A DNA stretch of 64,000 nucleotides, taken from IMG/VR virus record IMGVR_UViG_3300047160_020099, positions 97,937 through 161,936 of that record; one strand, written 5' to 3'. Positions 28,401 through 36,450 of the stretch are shown piece by piece. A program made the translations under genes and the position numbers. The notes under the pieces were generated by a model that was not told where the DNA came from, ran no database searches, and worked only from the letters and a program-made list of their open reading frames with translations. The first letter of the stretch is position 1. Each line of letters opens with the position of its first letter. Source of the DNA: a virus.

Positions 28401-30180
28401 TCGAGTGGTTGACAAGCGTGGCCGATACGTATGGCGTGCGGCTGCCGATATGAAACCGGGTGACTGGGTAGCGGTTTTGGATGCCATGGAACCAAAATGG
28501 ACTGGTGACGCTACCTTCCCAGCTATCGAGGTGGAAGCCAAGACCTGTTTCAAAGACATGGACTTCCCAGAGCAGTTCAATGAGGACTGGGCGGCATTTC
28601 TCGGTTTGTATATCTCGGAGGGAAGTGCCAACCCAGTAACAGGTGTTCTTCAAATCTGCCTGGCTGTCGAAGACGACCCGACATTCGGGCTAGAGTCAGT
28701 GGCAGTTCTGAGCAGGCTGTTTGGCGGCCGGTTGAAGATCGGTTGGGTGGATTACGAGAAACACCAGAATCAGATTCGGCTTACGCTCAGCACCGTGAAG
28801 CTGGCACGCTGGCTGGATAAGTATTGTCCTGGTGATTCCTATACCAAACGTGTTCCAGATTTTGTCTTCAAGTGGCCTCCGGAACTTCAGCGGGTTTTCT
28901 TGCGGTGGCTTTACGAAGGCGACGGTTCAGTCAAGAAGAACGGAAAAGGCTTTTCCATCACGTATGCAACCGCAAGTGAAGGTCTTGCCAAAGACGTGCA
29001 GATCTTGCTGAATGGCCACGGTGTTTATGTAAGACGTTCTTCCGAACGCCGTAAAGGCTACGATCACAACTACTGGTGCTTGCAGCTCAAGTACAACGAG
29101 TCGCGTTGTCGCTTCGTCGAAAAGATCGGTTTCGTAACAGCCAGCAAGCAAAACAAGTGTGCCAATAGTGCTACTTATGCTCTGGACTGGGATACGATAC
29201 CGTATCAAGATGAGCACCTTCGAATAGTATTCCAATACTTGACTGGTGCTGTGAAAGAGAAATGCCGCGAATGTGTGCGGAAGAATCAACGTGTCAGGCT
29301 CACCCGGAATAGATTGCTTATGCTTGTGGAACAGCTCATGCAGCACCAAGATCTGCCGAGACGTGCCCAGGAAACGCTCGACCATCTTCAAAAGCTGTCC
29401 GAGAAGCCTGTTAGGTTTGAACGCGTGAAAACGATTGAAAGTGTTGGGGTGTTGCCGGTGTATGACGTGCAGACGACGGAGCCACACTCAGTGTGCTATA
29501 ACGGATATTTGACACACCAAACGATCGTGTTCGGTCTCCCATATGGAAGAGGTGATAAGGCCATTATTCGTGCCGTGGAAGAGGAAGGCACGCAGATCTC
29601 CATGCAGGATGCCGCTGCAATCCGAGCGGCGATCCTGACGGAGTATGCAGATCTTGGGCCTTACCTCGAACGTTGTCAGGCACGGGTAAAGAATCCTGGC
29701 TGGATGCGTAATTGCTACGGTCGCTACCGCCGCTTCCAGCGCGTACGTTTCGGTAACGAGGATGGCTCTGCCGAACGTGAGGCTGGCAACTTCCCGATTC
29801 AGTCCGGCGTGGCAGATGCAGTTAGCCGAGCACTGGACCATCTCTACACCTGGCCAGACCGTTATGACGAGAACGGCGTGCCGAAGTTTCGGATGGTCCT
29901 GCAGATCCACGACGCGATCCTGTTCGAAGTCCAGATACCCTGGCTGGAGTGGTTCATCGGGACCGAGGAAGAGCCAGGCGTTGTCGGGAAGTGCATGACC
30001 GAGCGTGTAGCTGTGTGGATGTGCGATCTCAACGGCGACAAGAACCTCAAAGTCGAGCCATTCCACATGGGCATCGAGACTGGCGTGTATCATCATTGGG
30101 GTGAAGGTTATGGTTACGAAGACGGCTTGGCGGCCGGCGTACCGGCAGCCTACTTGCCGAAACCCAAGAAAGCAGCCTGA
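25429..30180 (+). CDS. polA: family A DNA polymerase with N-terminal UDG-like domain, 3'-5' exonuclease domain and an intein
   Basis: UDG-like N-terminus (VMLVGKWPG, YITNLVK, HPAA); AIDCEW exonuclease; TGRASS..PPLQN; EADY..AEL motif A; K|TIVFGLPYG motif B; NFPIQS; QIHDA motif C. Confidence 0.95.
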   Translation: MSPWSNTVQTVEPPEQAGETTKALQTIGYDMMEVYPLTSPGMPIPGPDFVAQAVGMGDEYPVIEGTKLDKCVVACGPNLEELYKQALYTVGFVLPVKVKGRQVNTTFIPGHLWGSDMAGPRPARVMLVGKWPGPQEVIANRNLVGESGAILIEALESFGISWEEWNSWYITNLVKHPNVDPASQKPAQSIVRNCLPLLSNELRFVRPDFVLAMGAEAYTALVGKGEGSVSQAQGRIFERSCFILDPDGDGTEGTYHSYKVMGCIHPAAVAHSADSLPAFRTGIEHFVNMVRGQVKETQQEELHHQLIYNEAHLASVVDTILDEDPAPCVAIDCEWHGEYPTEPGAWLRTVQFSHKPGHAYCLVLREAGGRLAFRSSIKSTVPHLRRLLLEGRGPKKPRLIGHSIRADLPWLTLGLDRELGKQLIEASNAPENVISPDGKVVEMGWRRTKEEGGFDTMLAAHSIRETDGSYSLDILGLQYCGIPRYDQALQKWKAEYCKTNHMELKELDGYGMCPDDILHPYACLDADVTQQLFPKFNGELLDHDPYDNDSRIPFWISMRASLGFLEMEMTGLLIDRPRGENLTQVYLDARNRLRQKLEELFQWPGFNPNSAQQCKVALFGEKFSDKRDPDTGELVKIQPPGALLLNLLPIKTAGKPSKDWELVIRKKQEHLFGPSTDKEVLGGLITRLSPDTKRGEGPKFGFEHVTALRNFRFAGQVVKSVLRAPVAENTQHNTNINEDGQLEYEEGVLSCIHVDGRVRTHLFQTKETGRASSARPPLQNWSKRREKAYKDILGESYLYPLRTMAMATPGWVFVEADYRGAELFMMAIQSGDQKMIEHCLRANLPDSDPNQYDIHSNLAVRAFGLKVTDTVPNDKKKNPDKLTASQLLKLPVGSPLPPTKTALWAIGMPHIRDVTKCVAAGSRLLTDRGWIRVEELCGALGAGGSAVGDGSVISDNGVTPLVGLYNGGVKPCIKLTGEDGYELISSETHKYRVVDKRGRYVWRAAADMKPGDWVAVLDAMEPKWTGDATFPAIEVEAKTCFKDMDFPEQFNEDWAAFLGLYISEGSANPVTGVLQICLAVEDDPTFGLESVAVLSRLFGGRLKIGWVDYEKHQNQIRLTLSTVKLARWLDKYCPGDSYTKRVPDFVFKWPPELQRVFLRWLYEGDGSVKKNGKGFSITYATASEGLAKDVQILLNGHGVYVRRSSERRKGYDHNYWCLQLKYNESRCRFVEKIGFVTASKQNKCANSATYALDWDTIPYQDEHLRIVFQYLTGAVKEKCRECVRKNQRVRLTRNRLLMLVEQLMQHQDLPRRAQETLDHLQKLSEKPVRFERVKTIESVGVLPVYDVQTTEPHSVCYNGYLTHQTIVFGLPYGRGDKAIIRAVEEEGTQISMQDAAAIRAAILTEYADLGPYLERCQARVKNPGWMRNCYGRYRRFQRVRFGNEDGSAEREAGNFPIQSGVADAVSRALDHLYTWPDRYDENGVPKFRMVLQIHDAILFEVQIPWLEWFIGTEEEPGVVGKCMTERVAVWMCDLNGDKNLKVEPFHMGIETGVYHHWGEGYGYEDGLAAGVPAAYLPKPKKAA
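28177..29520 (+). mobile_element. intein (448 aa) with LAGLIDADG endonuclease, inserted in polymerase motif B
   Basis: Starts CVAAGS, ends VYDVQT..NGYLTHQ|T; FLGLYISEG and FLRWLYEGDG helices. Confidence 0.92.
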
Positions 30181-30192
30181 CAAAGGAGAAAC

Positions 30193-30486
30193 ATGAGTCG
30201 AAGAAGTATCGTTGTTGATACGACAGCAGAGGTTGTTGACCTCTCCGAGCGTAGCCAGTCGGCACCGCCTCCCAAGGCGATGACGCATATGACGCTTACC
30301 GCTTTCATCAAGACGTATGATCTCAAGCTCAATTCCAAGGATTTCTCGGGTCACGGCAGGACGCTATCGAGGCTGAGCCGTGAACGTGGGCTTGAAGTGC
30401 AGAAGTTGCCAGACCCAAGGTGGGGCACTGTCAACGCGTATGACGTGGAATTGATGAAGGGCTACTTCAAGGTGAATCGTGCGTGA
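30193..30486 (+). CDS. small putative DNA-binding protein (antirepressor C-terminal-like)
   Basis: GRTLSRLS...VQKLPDPRWGTVNAY; AAGGAG RBS. Confidence 0.55.
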   Translation: MSRRSIVVDTTAEVVDLSERSQSAPPPKAMTHMTLTAFIKTYDLKLNSKDFSGHGRTLSRLSRERGLEVQKLPDPRWGTVNAYDVELMKGYFKVNRA

Positions 30487-30976
30487 TAGTAAACCAATCC
30501 TTGCCGTGGTCGGCTACGGCCGCGCCGGCAAGGACACCTGCTGCGAGTGGTTACGCGACAACACGGTACTTCGCTTTGCCGGCGGTTCCAGCTGGTCAGC
30601 GGCCAGTTACATGGGCCACATCCTCGGTAAGACAGCAGAGGCGGCCTATCGCGACCGACATCAGGATCGCCAGTTCTGGTTCGACAAGCTGAACGAGTTG
30701 CGGGCCAGCGAAGGATCGACCTGCCTGGTGCGACGCTGTCTGGAACATTCCGATATCGTATGTGGACTCCGCAATCGAATTGAGCTGGTCGGTGGGCGGG
30801 AAGAAGGCCTGATTGATCTGATCGTATGGATCGACAATCCACGGGTGCCGGTTGACCCGACCGTGGAATTCGACATCAGCGATGCCGACGTATGTATCCG
30901 AAATGAAGCCACGTTGCCCATCTTTTTCCAGCGGCTGCACCACCTTGCCGCCGTCCTGAATATCCTCAAGAACTGA
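30479..30976 (+). CDS. deoxynucleoside monophosphate kinase-like P-loop protein
   Basis: VVGYGRAGKDT, GLRN..E, IWID and IRN motifs. Confidence 0.7.
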   Translation: MRDSKPILAVVGYGRAGKDTCCEWLRDNTVLRFAGGSSWSAASYMGHILGKTAEAAYRDRHQDRQFWFDKLNELRASEGSTCLVRRCLEHSDIVCGLRNRIELVGGREEGLIDLIVWIDNPRVPVDPTVEFDISDADVCIRNEATLPIFFQRLHHLAAVLNILKN

Positions 30977-31074
30977 CCTATCGACCGGTCAGTTGCTGTA
31001 TTACAATACTCAGTGGCACTGCCCTTATGGGGCCCGCCACGAGGTTTTAGGTCCTGGGTTCTGGGTCCATTCTT

Positions 31075-32589
31075 GTGAAAGGGGCTACTATGCCTCCGTG
31101 CGTTCCACCACCGCCACGTCCAGGTTACAACTGGGGTCGCGACGGCCGTTCCCGTCAGGGAAGCATCGGCAATCACATCCTGAAGCCGGGTGTCGATGCG
31201 GTCGTAAAGAAGCCTTCCTGGGATGGCAAGGAAACAATCTTCCGACCGTATCCTTGCCTCAGCTACGAAGACCCGCTGAACAGATTCGAGCCTTACCGTA
31301 CAGATCCGGGCGGTCGCGCCGAGTTCGGCGACTGGATCCGCCGGTACGATGTCGCCTGGGGCGTCGGCAACCCGGCTACCACTTTCATCCTGCACAACCC
31401 GGATGAGTCAGATCCCGGCTATGATCCGTGGCTGACACCGCTGGGCGTTCTCTATCGAGCCATCGAGAAGGCGTGCAAGGCAGGCAAGGGCCTATCCGAA
31501 TGGCAACCGTTGCGTGAGGGTGCGCCCGGCAAGGGCAAGGCACTCTCGGCACCTTCCGAGGCCTACTTCATGCAGGGTGCCCTCATGAAGTACGACGACA
31601 AGCTCACGTTCACTGAGGGCAGGGCACCGCTGGGCTGGCCGCCCAATCCACCGATCGTGCTGATGTTGTCGGGTGGAGCCGGCCGCAAGCTCGTCAACAT
31701 GCTTGGCGAGGAAAACGAAGGACGGTTTGAGCCGCCGGAAGACCAGGCCGGCTACGACGCATACTTCGAGGCCCGCTACGTCCACGGCGACCCGGTCGGT
31801 GTGAATAACGGCCGGTACATCCACCTCTTTGAAAAGGGCCACGACCCTCGCGAGAAGTACCTGGCCCACCCGACCACCAGTGGCGGGCCTGCTGCTTCTC
31901 CGTTCGGCGCCTCTTCGTCCACTGTGCCTCAAGCCAGAGGCGGCGATGGTGATGCCGAGTTCCGTGGTTACGACATGTTCCTGACGAAGGACGCCAACCT
32001 CGGGTTGCCGAACACACTCACTCAGGAACCACAACTTGCCGGGTTGCGGCGCCAGTGGCGGTGGTGGGACCACATCTTGTTCTTCCCAACGCCAATGGAG
32101 CAGGCACATCTGCTGTTCCGGGTCTTCCCTCTTTCGGCGTGCTTCTACGCGTTTGAAGGCGTGGACTCGGAATGGATTCCGGAGGACGCCAGGCGGAAGT
32201 ACCTGGCTGCCCATTCGGCCAGCGTGCCTGCTGCAATGCCGGGCCAGCAAGTCGGTGTGGCCAATCCATTTGGTGGTATGCCACAGCAGCCGATGCTGCC
32301 GCCACAACCACCAGCGCCAACTACACCGCCACCAGCGCGTCCAGGCCTGCCAGGCAGTCCCTTCGGCTCGCCACCTTCTGAAGAGGAGGCAGGGCAAGAC
32401 AGCGTGGTGCCAGAAACAGAGATGCCGACCGACGGTGAAGCTGACGAAGCCGGTGGGCTCCAGTTCACTCCACCGGTCGTTCCGCCGAAGCCAGAAGAGC
32501 AGGCCGCGGCCAACGAGTCCGCTGCCGAGCGAAGTGCTGCGGCGATTTCCAAGGTGGCTTCAGCCCGTCGGGCCAGCCGCCAGAAATGA
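31075..32589 (+). CDS. hypothetical protein, possible ssDNA-binding/recombination protein
   Basis: Aromatic-rich core with a Pro/acidic disordered tail; directly before the RecA-like gene. Confidence 0.6.
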   Translation: MKGATMPPCVPPPPRPGYNWGRDGRSRQGSIGNHILKPGVDAVVKKPSWDGKETIFRPYPCLSYEDPLNRFEPYRTDPGGRAEFGDWIRRYDVAWGVGNPATTFILHNPDESDPGYDPWLTPLGVLYRAIEKACKAGKGLSEWQPLREGAPGKGKALSAPSEAYFMQGALMKYDDKLTFTEGRAPLGWPPNPPIVLMLSGGAGRKLVNMLGEENEGRFEPPEDQAGYDAYFEARYVHGDPVGVNNGRYIHLFEKGHDPREKYLAHPTTSGGPAASPFGASSSTVPQARGGDGDAEFRGYDMFLTKDANLGLPNTLTQEPQLAGLRRQWRWWDHILFFPTPMEQAHLLFRVFPLSACFYAFEGVDSEWIPEDARRKYLAAHSASVPAAMPGQQVGVANPFGGMPQQPMLPPQPPAPTTPPPARPGLPGSPFGSPPSEEEAGQDSVVPETEMPTDGEADEAGGLQFTPPVVPPKPEEQAAANESAAERSAAAISKVASARRASRQK

Positions 32590-32611
32590 ATGGGTTGTCG
32601 TATGAAAGTTC

Positions 32612-32646
32612 AGCTCGCCACTCCGTCTTGGAGTGGCGAGCTTTTT
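32612..32646 (+). terminator. Rho-independent terminator
   Basis: AGCTCGCCACTCC-GTCTT-GGAGTGGCGAGCT followed by TTTT. Confidence 0.7.
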
Positions 32647-32666
32647 CGTCTTGAGCGAGGTGCGCT

Positions 32667-34034
32667 ATGGCCAAGAAGAAGACGCAATGGGCAACTGTCG
32701 ATACAGACAGCGCGTACGACGAAGTCTTTCGTCAAGCCGTGGAAGTCGCCAAGGAGAAGTACCCGGGGTGTGTCTATTCGGGTAATGCCGAGGCGATGCG
32801 CGTCGTGTGCTTACCTGTGCCTGCTTTCAGCGTGCGATACCTGTTGCAGCAGGAAGGCTGGCCGCTGGGCCGCTTCTGCCGAATCGTGGGCGAGCAGGAG
32901 TCTTGCAAGTCGTCTATCGGTTTCGAGATCATGCGCTGGCACGGGCGTATCCCTGGCGGCGGTGGGATTCTTATCCCGACAGAGCCGAAGGACAGCCCTG
33001 AACTGTTCCGCTCCATTGTGGGCTACGACCACCCGCGTATGTGGTGGCACGACAAGTGCAAGACCGTTGAGGAATGGAACGCCGCGGCTTCCGACTGGAT
33101 CAAGAACCTGAAGAAGGCAATGGACGGGACAGCCGGCGATCCAGGTCCTGGTCGCAAGGCGCCGGTGTGTGAGATGGTCGATTCCTTGACGGCTAATCTG
33201 ACCGAGGCCGAATACAAGGTCTTGTTTGATGAAGGAGCCAGCGATCGTCACTATGCTGGCTGTGCGATGCTCCTCAAGGACTTCGTCATGTACATCACCC
33301 AGGAGATTGACGATTACCCGTTTACTTTCCTGGGCGTGAACCACATGAAGCTGGCGACCGAGAAGGTCGGGATGTTCACGAAGACCATTCGCAACATTGG
33401 CGGTGGCAAGACCATGCCCTTCTTCGAGACGATGCAGTTGCAGATGCGTCGCAAGTCAGCACCAACACCCGGCAAGGAGATCTACCGTGCCCAGGAGGAC
33501 GAGTGCGGCATCGAGCTGGAGATCGGGATCTACAAGAATTCACTGGCGCCACATGCGGTCATCGATGTGGACATGCTGTGGTTTACGGACTATGACGACC
33601 GCGATCCAGCTGGTCACTTTCGGCAGAAGACCTACTTCGACTGGCAGACCAGCTCCATTGAGATTCTCGCCGATCTGCTCAAGGGCGAGGGCAAACGCGC
33701 GCGACGACTGCGCGAGGTGATCGATCTGACTGTTGACAAGGACACGAGGAAAGTATGGTCACCGACTCTGGGAATACAGCAGCGGGCCAAGGTGAAGTTC
33801 CGCGAGGCCGGCGCAATTCTGGAAGAGAAGCTGGCCGCCAGCCAGGAGTTTCGAGACGCGCTGTACGCCGAAACAGGGATACGCCGCCGTTACCTGTTCA
33901 AGGCACACATGGATTACCGGGACCAGATCGAGGAAGCAGTGAAGCTGGCGGCCAAGGCGGAAGTGGAAGCGGAGCAACAGCAGGCAGCGTCCCCGTTCGG
34001 GGCGCCGCCAGAGGAGCAGCCGGAGGAGACATGA
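32667..34034 (+). CDS. recA: RecA/UvsX-like recombinase
   Basis: GWPLGR..IVGEQESCKS, MVDSLT, VNH, GGG..MPF and KNS motifs. Confidence 0.8.
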   Translation: MAKKKTQWATVDTDSAYDEVFRQAVEVAKEKYPGCVYSGNAEAMRVVCLPVPAFSVRYLLQQEGWPLGRFCRIVGEQESCKSSIGFEIMRWHGRIPGGGGILIPTEPKDSPELFRSIVGYDHPRMWWHDKCKTVEEWNAAASDWIKNLKKAMDGTAGDPGPGRKAPVCEMVDSLTANLTEAEYKVLFDEGASDRHYAGCAMLLKDFVMYITQEIDDYPFTFLGVNHMKLATEKVGMFTKTIRNIGGGKTMPFFETMQLQMRRKSAPTPGKEIYRAQEDECGIELEIGIYKNSLAPHAVIDVDMLWFTDYDDRDPAGHFRQKTYFDWQTSSIEILADLLKGEGKRARRLREVIDLTVDKDTRKVWSPTLGIQQRAKVKFREAGAILEEKLAASQEFRDALYAETGIRRRYLFKAHMDYRDQIEEAVKLAAKAEVEAEQQQAASPFGAPPEEQPEET

Positions 34035-34579
34035 TTGACCAGGAGCTCGGTATCTTCGGTTGCTTGCCGGAGTTCAAGTCGGCGGCTGAACGAGCACAGC
34101 TTTCGCAAGTGAAGTGGGAGGCGGCCATGCTTGGCCGCCTTCTCCGTTATTACGACGTGGCACATATGGCGCCGATGCTGCGTACCAAGTGCGAGGAAGC
34201 CACTGGGCTGCGGCGACTTCTTTTCACCTGGTTCCACAACGCCTTTCCGTCGTTCCCTGTGTGGCTGGTCTTCCGCAAGGTGCCGTATCTGCACACCCTG
34301 AAAATGGAGGACTTCCTGCACCGCTTCGGCAAGACACAGGTCTTCGATGGCTGGGTGGATGCTCGCGCAGCTGTGCCTGATTGGTGGCTCGACGAGCAGC
34401 GGCCGATAGGGCTAGTATTCGAATACTTGCACGGCATGGGCGCTGCCATCATGACCGACTGCGAACGACCCATGTCTAGCGACACTACCCGCATCGTCAA
34501 AAGCTTCCGCGGGAAGCCCTACTACTTCGAGGCGCTGGACAACTTCCTTGAGGGGCTGGGATGGCGCCCACTGCTCTAA
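34031..34579 (+). CDS. hypothetical protein
   Basis: ATGA-coupled to recA; GGAGGAG RBS. Confidence 0.6.
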   Translation: MIDQELGIFGCLPEFKSAAERAQLSQVKWEAAMLGRLLRYYDVAHMAPMLRTKCEEATGLRRLLFTWFHNAFPSFPVWLVFRKVPYLHTLKMEDFLHRFGKTQVFDGWVDARAAVPDWWLDEQRPIGLVFEYLHGMGAAIMTDCERPMSSDTTRIVKSFRGKPYYFEALDNFLEGLGWRPLL

Positions 34580-34791
34580 GGAACAGGATTCCTCGCACTT
34601 CAGTGATCACGTTTGCCCAGCAGATATTCTGGTTGATCAGGATGTGCCGTACGTCAAGCCAGGAGAGGATCCTCGATACTTATGGCTCGCACCCTTTCAT
34701 TGAAGTTGTGTACGGCAGAAACGTGGCCGTTCTGGGTCTCTCCTACGAGGAATTCAAAGCGTGGGTAGATTCACCAAACCGGCCATGCTGA
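34561..34791 (+). CDS. short GxxYEEF-family protein
   Basis: C-terminal GLSYEEFKAWVDS. Confidence 0.5.
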   Translation: MAPTALRNRIPRTSVITFAQQIFWLIRMCRTSSQERILDTYGSHPFIEVVYGRNVAVLGLSYEEFKAWVDSPNRPC

Positions 34792-34991
34792 ATGTGCAGC
34801 AGACAAGAGACTTGCATGGTATTGCTAGCGTGGCAGCAAAGAGAGTGTTCGACCATAAGTACTTTGTCTATACCAGGGCATGGAACATTTCCCCTTGCGA
34901 AACCATTTACTGTCTCTTTGTGGCTGCTCCTTTCGGCTTACTCTACGAGGAGTTTGAAGCGTGGGCAGATTCACTAGACCGGCCACGCTAA
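34761..34991 (+). CDS. short GxxYEEF-family protein
   Basis: GLLYEEFEAWADS; its 3' end duplicates that of the previous ORF at DNA level. Confidence 0.5.
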   Translation: MGRFTKPAMLNVQQTRDLHGIASVAAKRVFDHKYFVYTRAWNISPCETIYCLFVAAPFGLLYEEFEAWADSLDRPR

Positions 34992-35191
34992 CACAAGCAC
35001 AAACGGACTTCCTGCGTGGGGCAGCTTTCAAGGCTGCCTGGGGAAACTTCGAACGCAAGACTGAGAATCACAGCTGGCGACTCCACATGTTCTCCTGTGA
35101 GGCGATTTACGCGGAGTCAGTTGTGTTATATGGTCTGTCGTATGACGAATTCCTGTCGTGGGTAAGGTTCCTGGAACAACATCCGTACTAA
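34961..35191 (+). CDS. short GxxYEEF-family protein
   Basis: GLSYDEFLSWV. Confidence 0.5.
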   Translation: MGRFTRPATLTQAQTDFLRGAAFKAAWGNFERKTENHSWRLHMFSCEAIYAESVVLYGLSYDEFLSWVRFLEQHPY

Positions 35192-35197
35192 CACAAG

Positions 35198-35512
35198 GTG
35201 AACATGATCGAAGTCAAATCACACCTGCAGTGGTACCCTTCGGACGGTAGTTATGGCGGGCGATGTAAGCTTCGCGGTAATGTCGTCTACTGGCTTGGCG
35301 GAGTTCTGGTCGAGACCAGGTATTCCGTATTTTCGGATGGCGTCCTTTTCCATACCGGTCTTCTTGGTAAGGATCAAGGAGTTCGTCTCCCGTATGAACT
35401 AGGCGAAAGCCTGGATGAGGGCGAGGAATATGATCGCCAACGCGCCGAGGAGTTCATCCGTGGCACGATTGCCCCATTGGTCATCATGGCTGTTGATGGA
35501 CGATCTGCGTGA
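35198..35512 (+). CDS. hypothetical protein
   Basis: 104-aa ORF. Confidence 0.5.
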   Translation: MNMIEVKSHLQWYPSDGSYGGRCKLRGNVVYWLGGVLVETRYSVFSDGVLFHTGLLGKDQGVRLPYELGESLDEGEEYDRQRAEEFIRGTIAPLVIMAVDGRSA

Positions 35513-35759
35513 CTGCTTCCCGCAGCGTCGCGGACCGAAGACAGCCTGTGAGGCTGTTGTCTTTGACAAGTTCCGTCTTGCGAAGTTGTGGCACGTGGCT
35601 CATCAGGTTGCTGCGGGCACTTACAACTACGGCCTTTGTCACCGCCATGGGACTGTATACGCTGCGCCCCCCGAAGAGGCCTACATCGTCGATGGTGCCC
35701 AGGACGGCTGGCTCCTTGAAGAGTTCCTCACCGCGGTCGAATGGTGCATGCACAACTGA
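35415..35759 (+). CDS. short GxxYEEF-family protein
   Basis: DGWLLEEFLTAV; start uncertain. Confidence 0.45.
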   Translation: MRARNMIANAPRSSSVARLPHWSSWLLMDDLRDCFPQRRGPKTACEAVVFDKFRLAKLWHVAHQVAAGTYNYGLCHRHGTVYAAPPEEAYIVDGAQDGWLLEEFLTAVEWCMHN

Positions 35760-35807
35760 GGGATACAGCTGGCTTCATCTGGTGGCCACCCGTACGAGGA
35801 TCATCCT

Positions 35808-36134
35808 TTGCTTGGAGGTCAGATCTTGGGGACGACCAATAAGCCGTGTATTCAGCTGGCCGCTACTAGAGATCGAATCGCTGTACGGCCGTCGTCTTGT
35901 CCGGTACGGCTATACTTTCGAGGAGCTGATCGCGTGCGCCGAGAACTCCGCTTTCCAAAAGTTGACTTCCGTCGCGCAATCAGAGGCTTACTAGCTACGG
36001 ACCCTGACCATTGGTTCTTGCCATACTCCACTCTGGAGCGCGAGAATGCGTATGCAACGCAGGTAGTTCACGGCGGCTACCTGTATGAAGAGTTCGATGC
36101 TGTCGCAAACGTGTGGTATCGCTATGGTGCATAG
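35808..36134 (+). CDS. short GxxYEEF-family protein
   Basis: GGYLYEEFDAV; start uncertain. Confidence 0.45.
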   Translation: MLGGQILGTTNKPCIQLAATRDRIAVRPSSCPVRLYFRGADRVRRELRFPKVDFRRAIRGLLATDPDHWFLPYSTLERENAYATQVVHGGYLYEEFDAVANVWYRYGA

Positions 36135-36450
36135 GCATTCCCTGTTCTACATGGCGGCTGCCGTCGTCAGCGAATACTCTCGCAAGAACTACTACCGAGC
36201 AGACGAGCCAGGCCAAACCGCACTGCGGCAGATGTTGCGCTTTTGTGCCGGCCTGCTGAACGACTATCCGGCCTCGTTCCTGGCGAATACGGAAAGAAAC
36301 TACAGCCGCGAAGCAGCTCGCGACGGCTACCTGTACGAGGAGTTCATGGCCGTCGTCGAGAATCACCTGATGTGGGTAGGCGGGGCTGACGACATTCGGA
36401 AGAGGCTGCAAGCTATTGGCCAGAATGACCTATCGGACCCGTTGCTGTGA
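36085..36450 (+). CDS. short GxxYEEF-family protein
   Basis: DGYLYEEFMAVV; start uncertain. Confidence 0.5.
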   Translation: MKSSMLSQTCGIAMVHRHSLFYMAAAVVSEYSRKNYYRADEPGQTALRQMLRFCAGLLNDYPASFLANTERNYSREAARDGYLYEEFMAVVENHLMWVGGADDIRKRLQAIGQNDLSDPLL

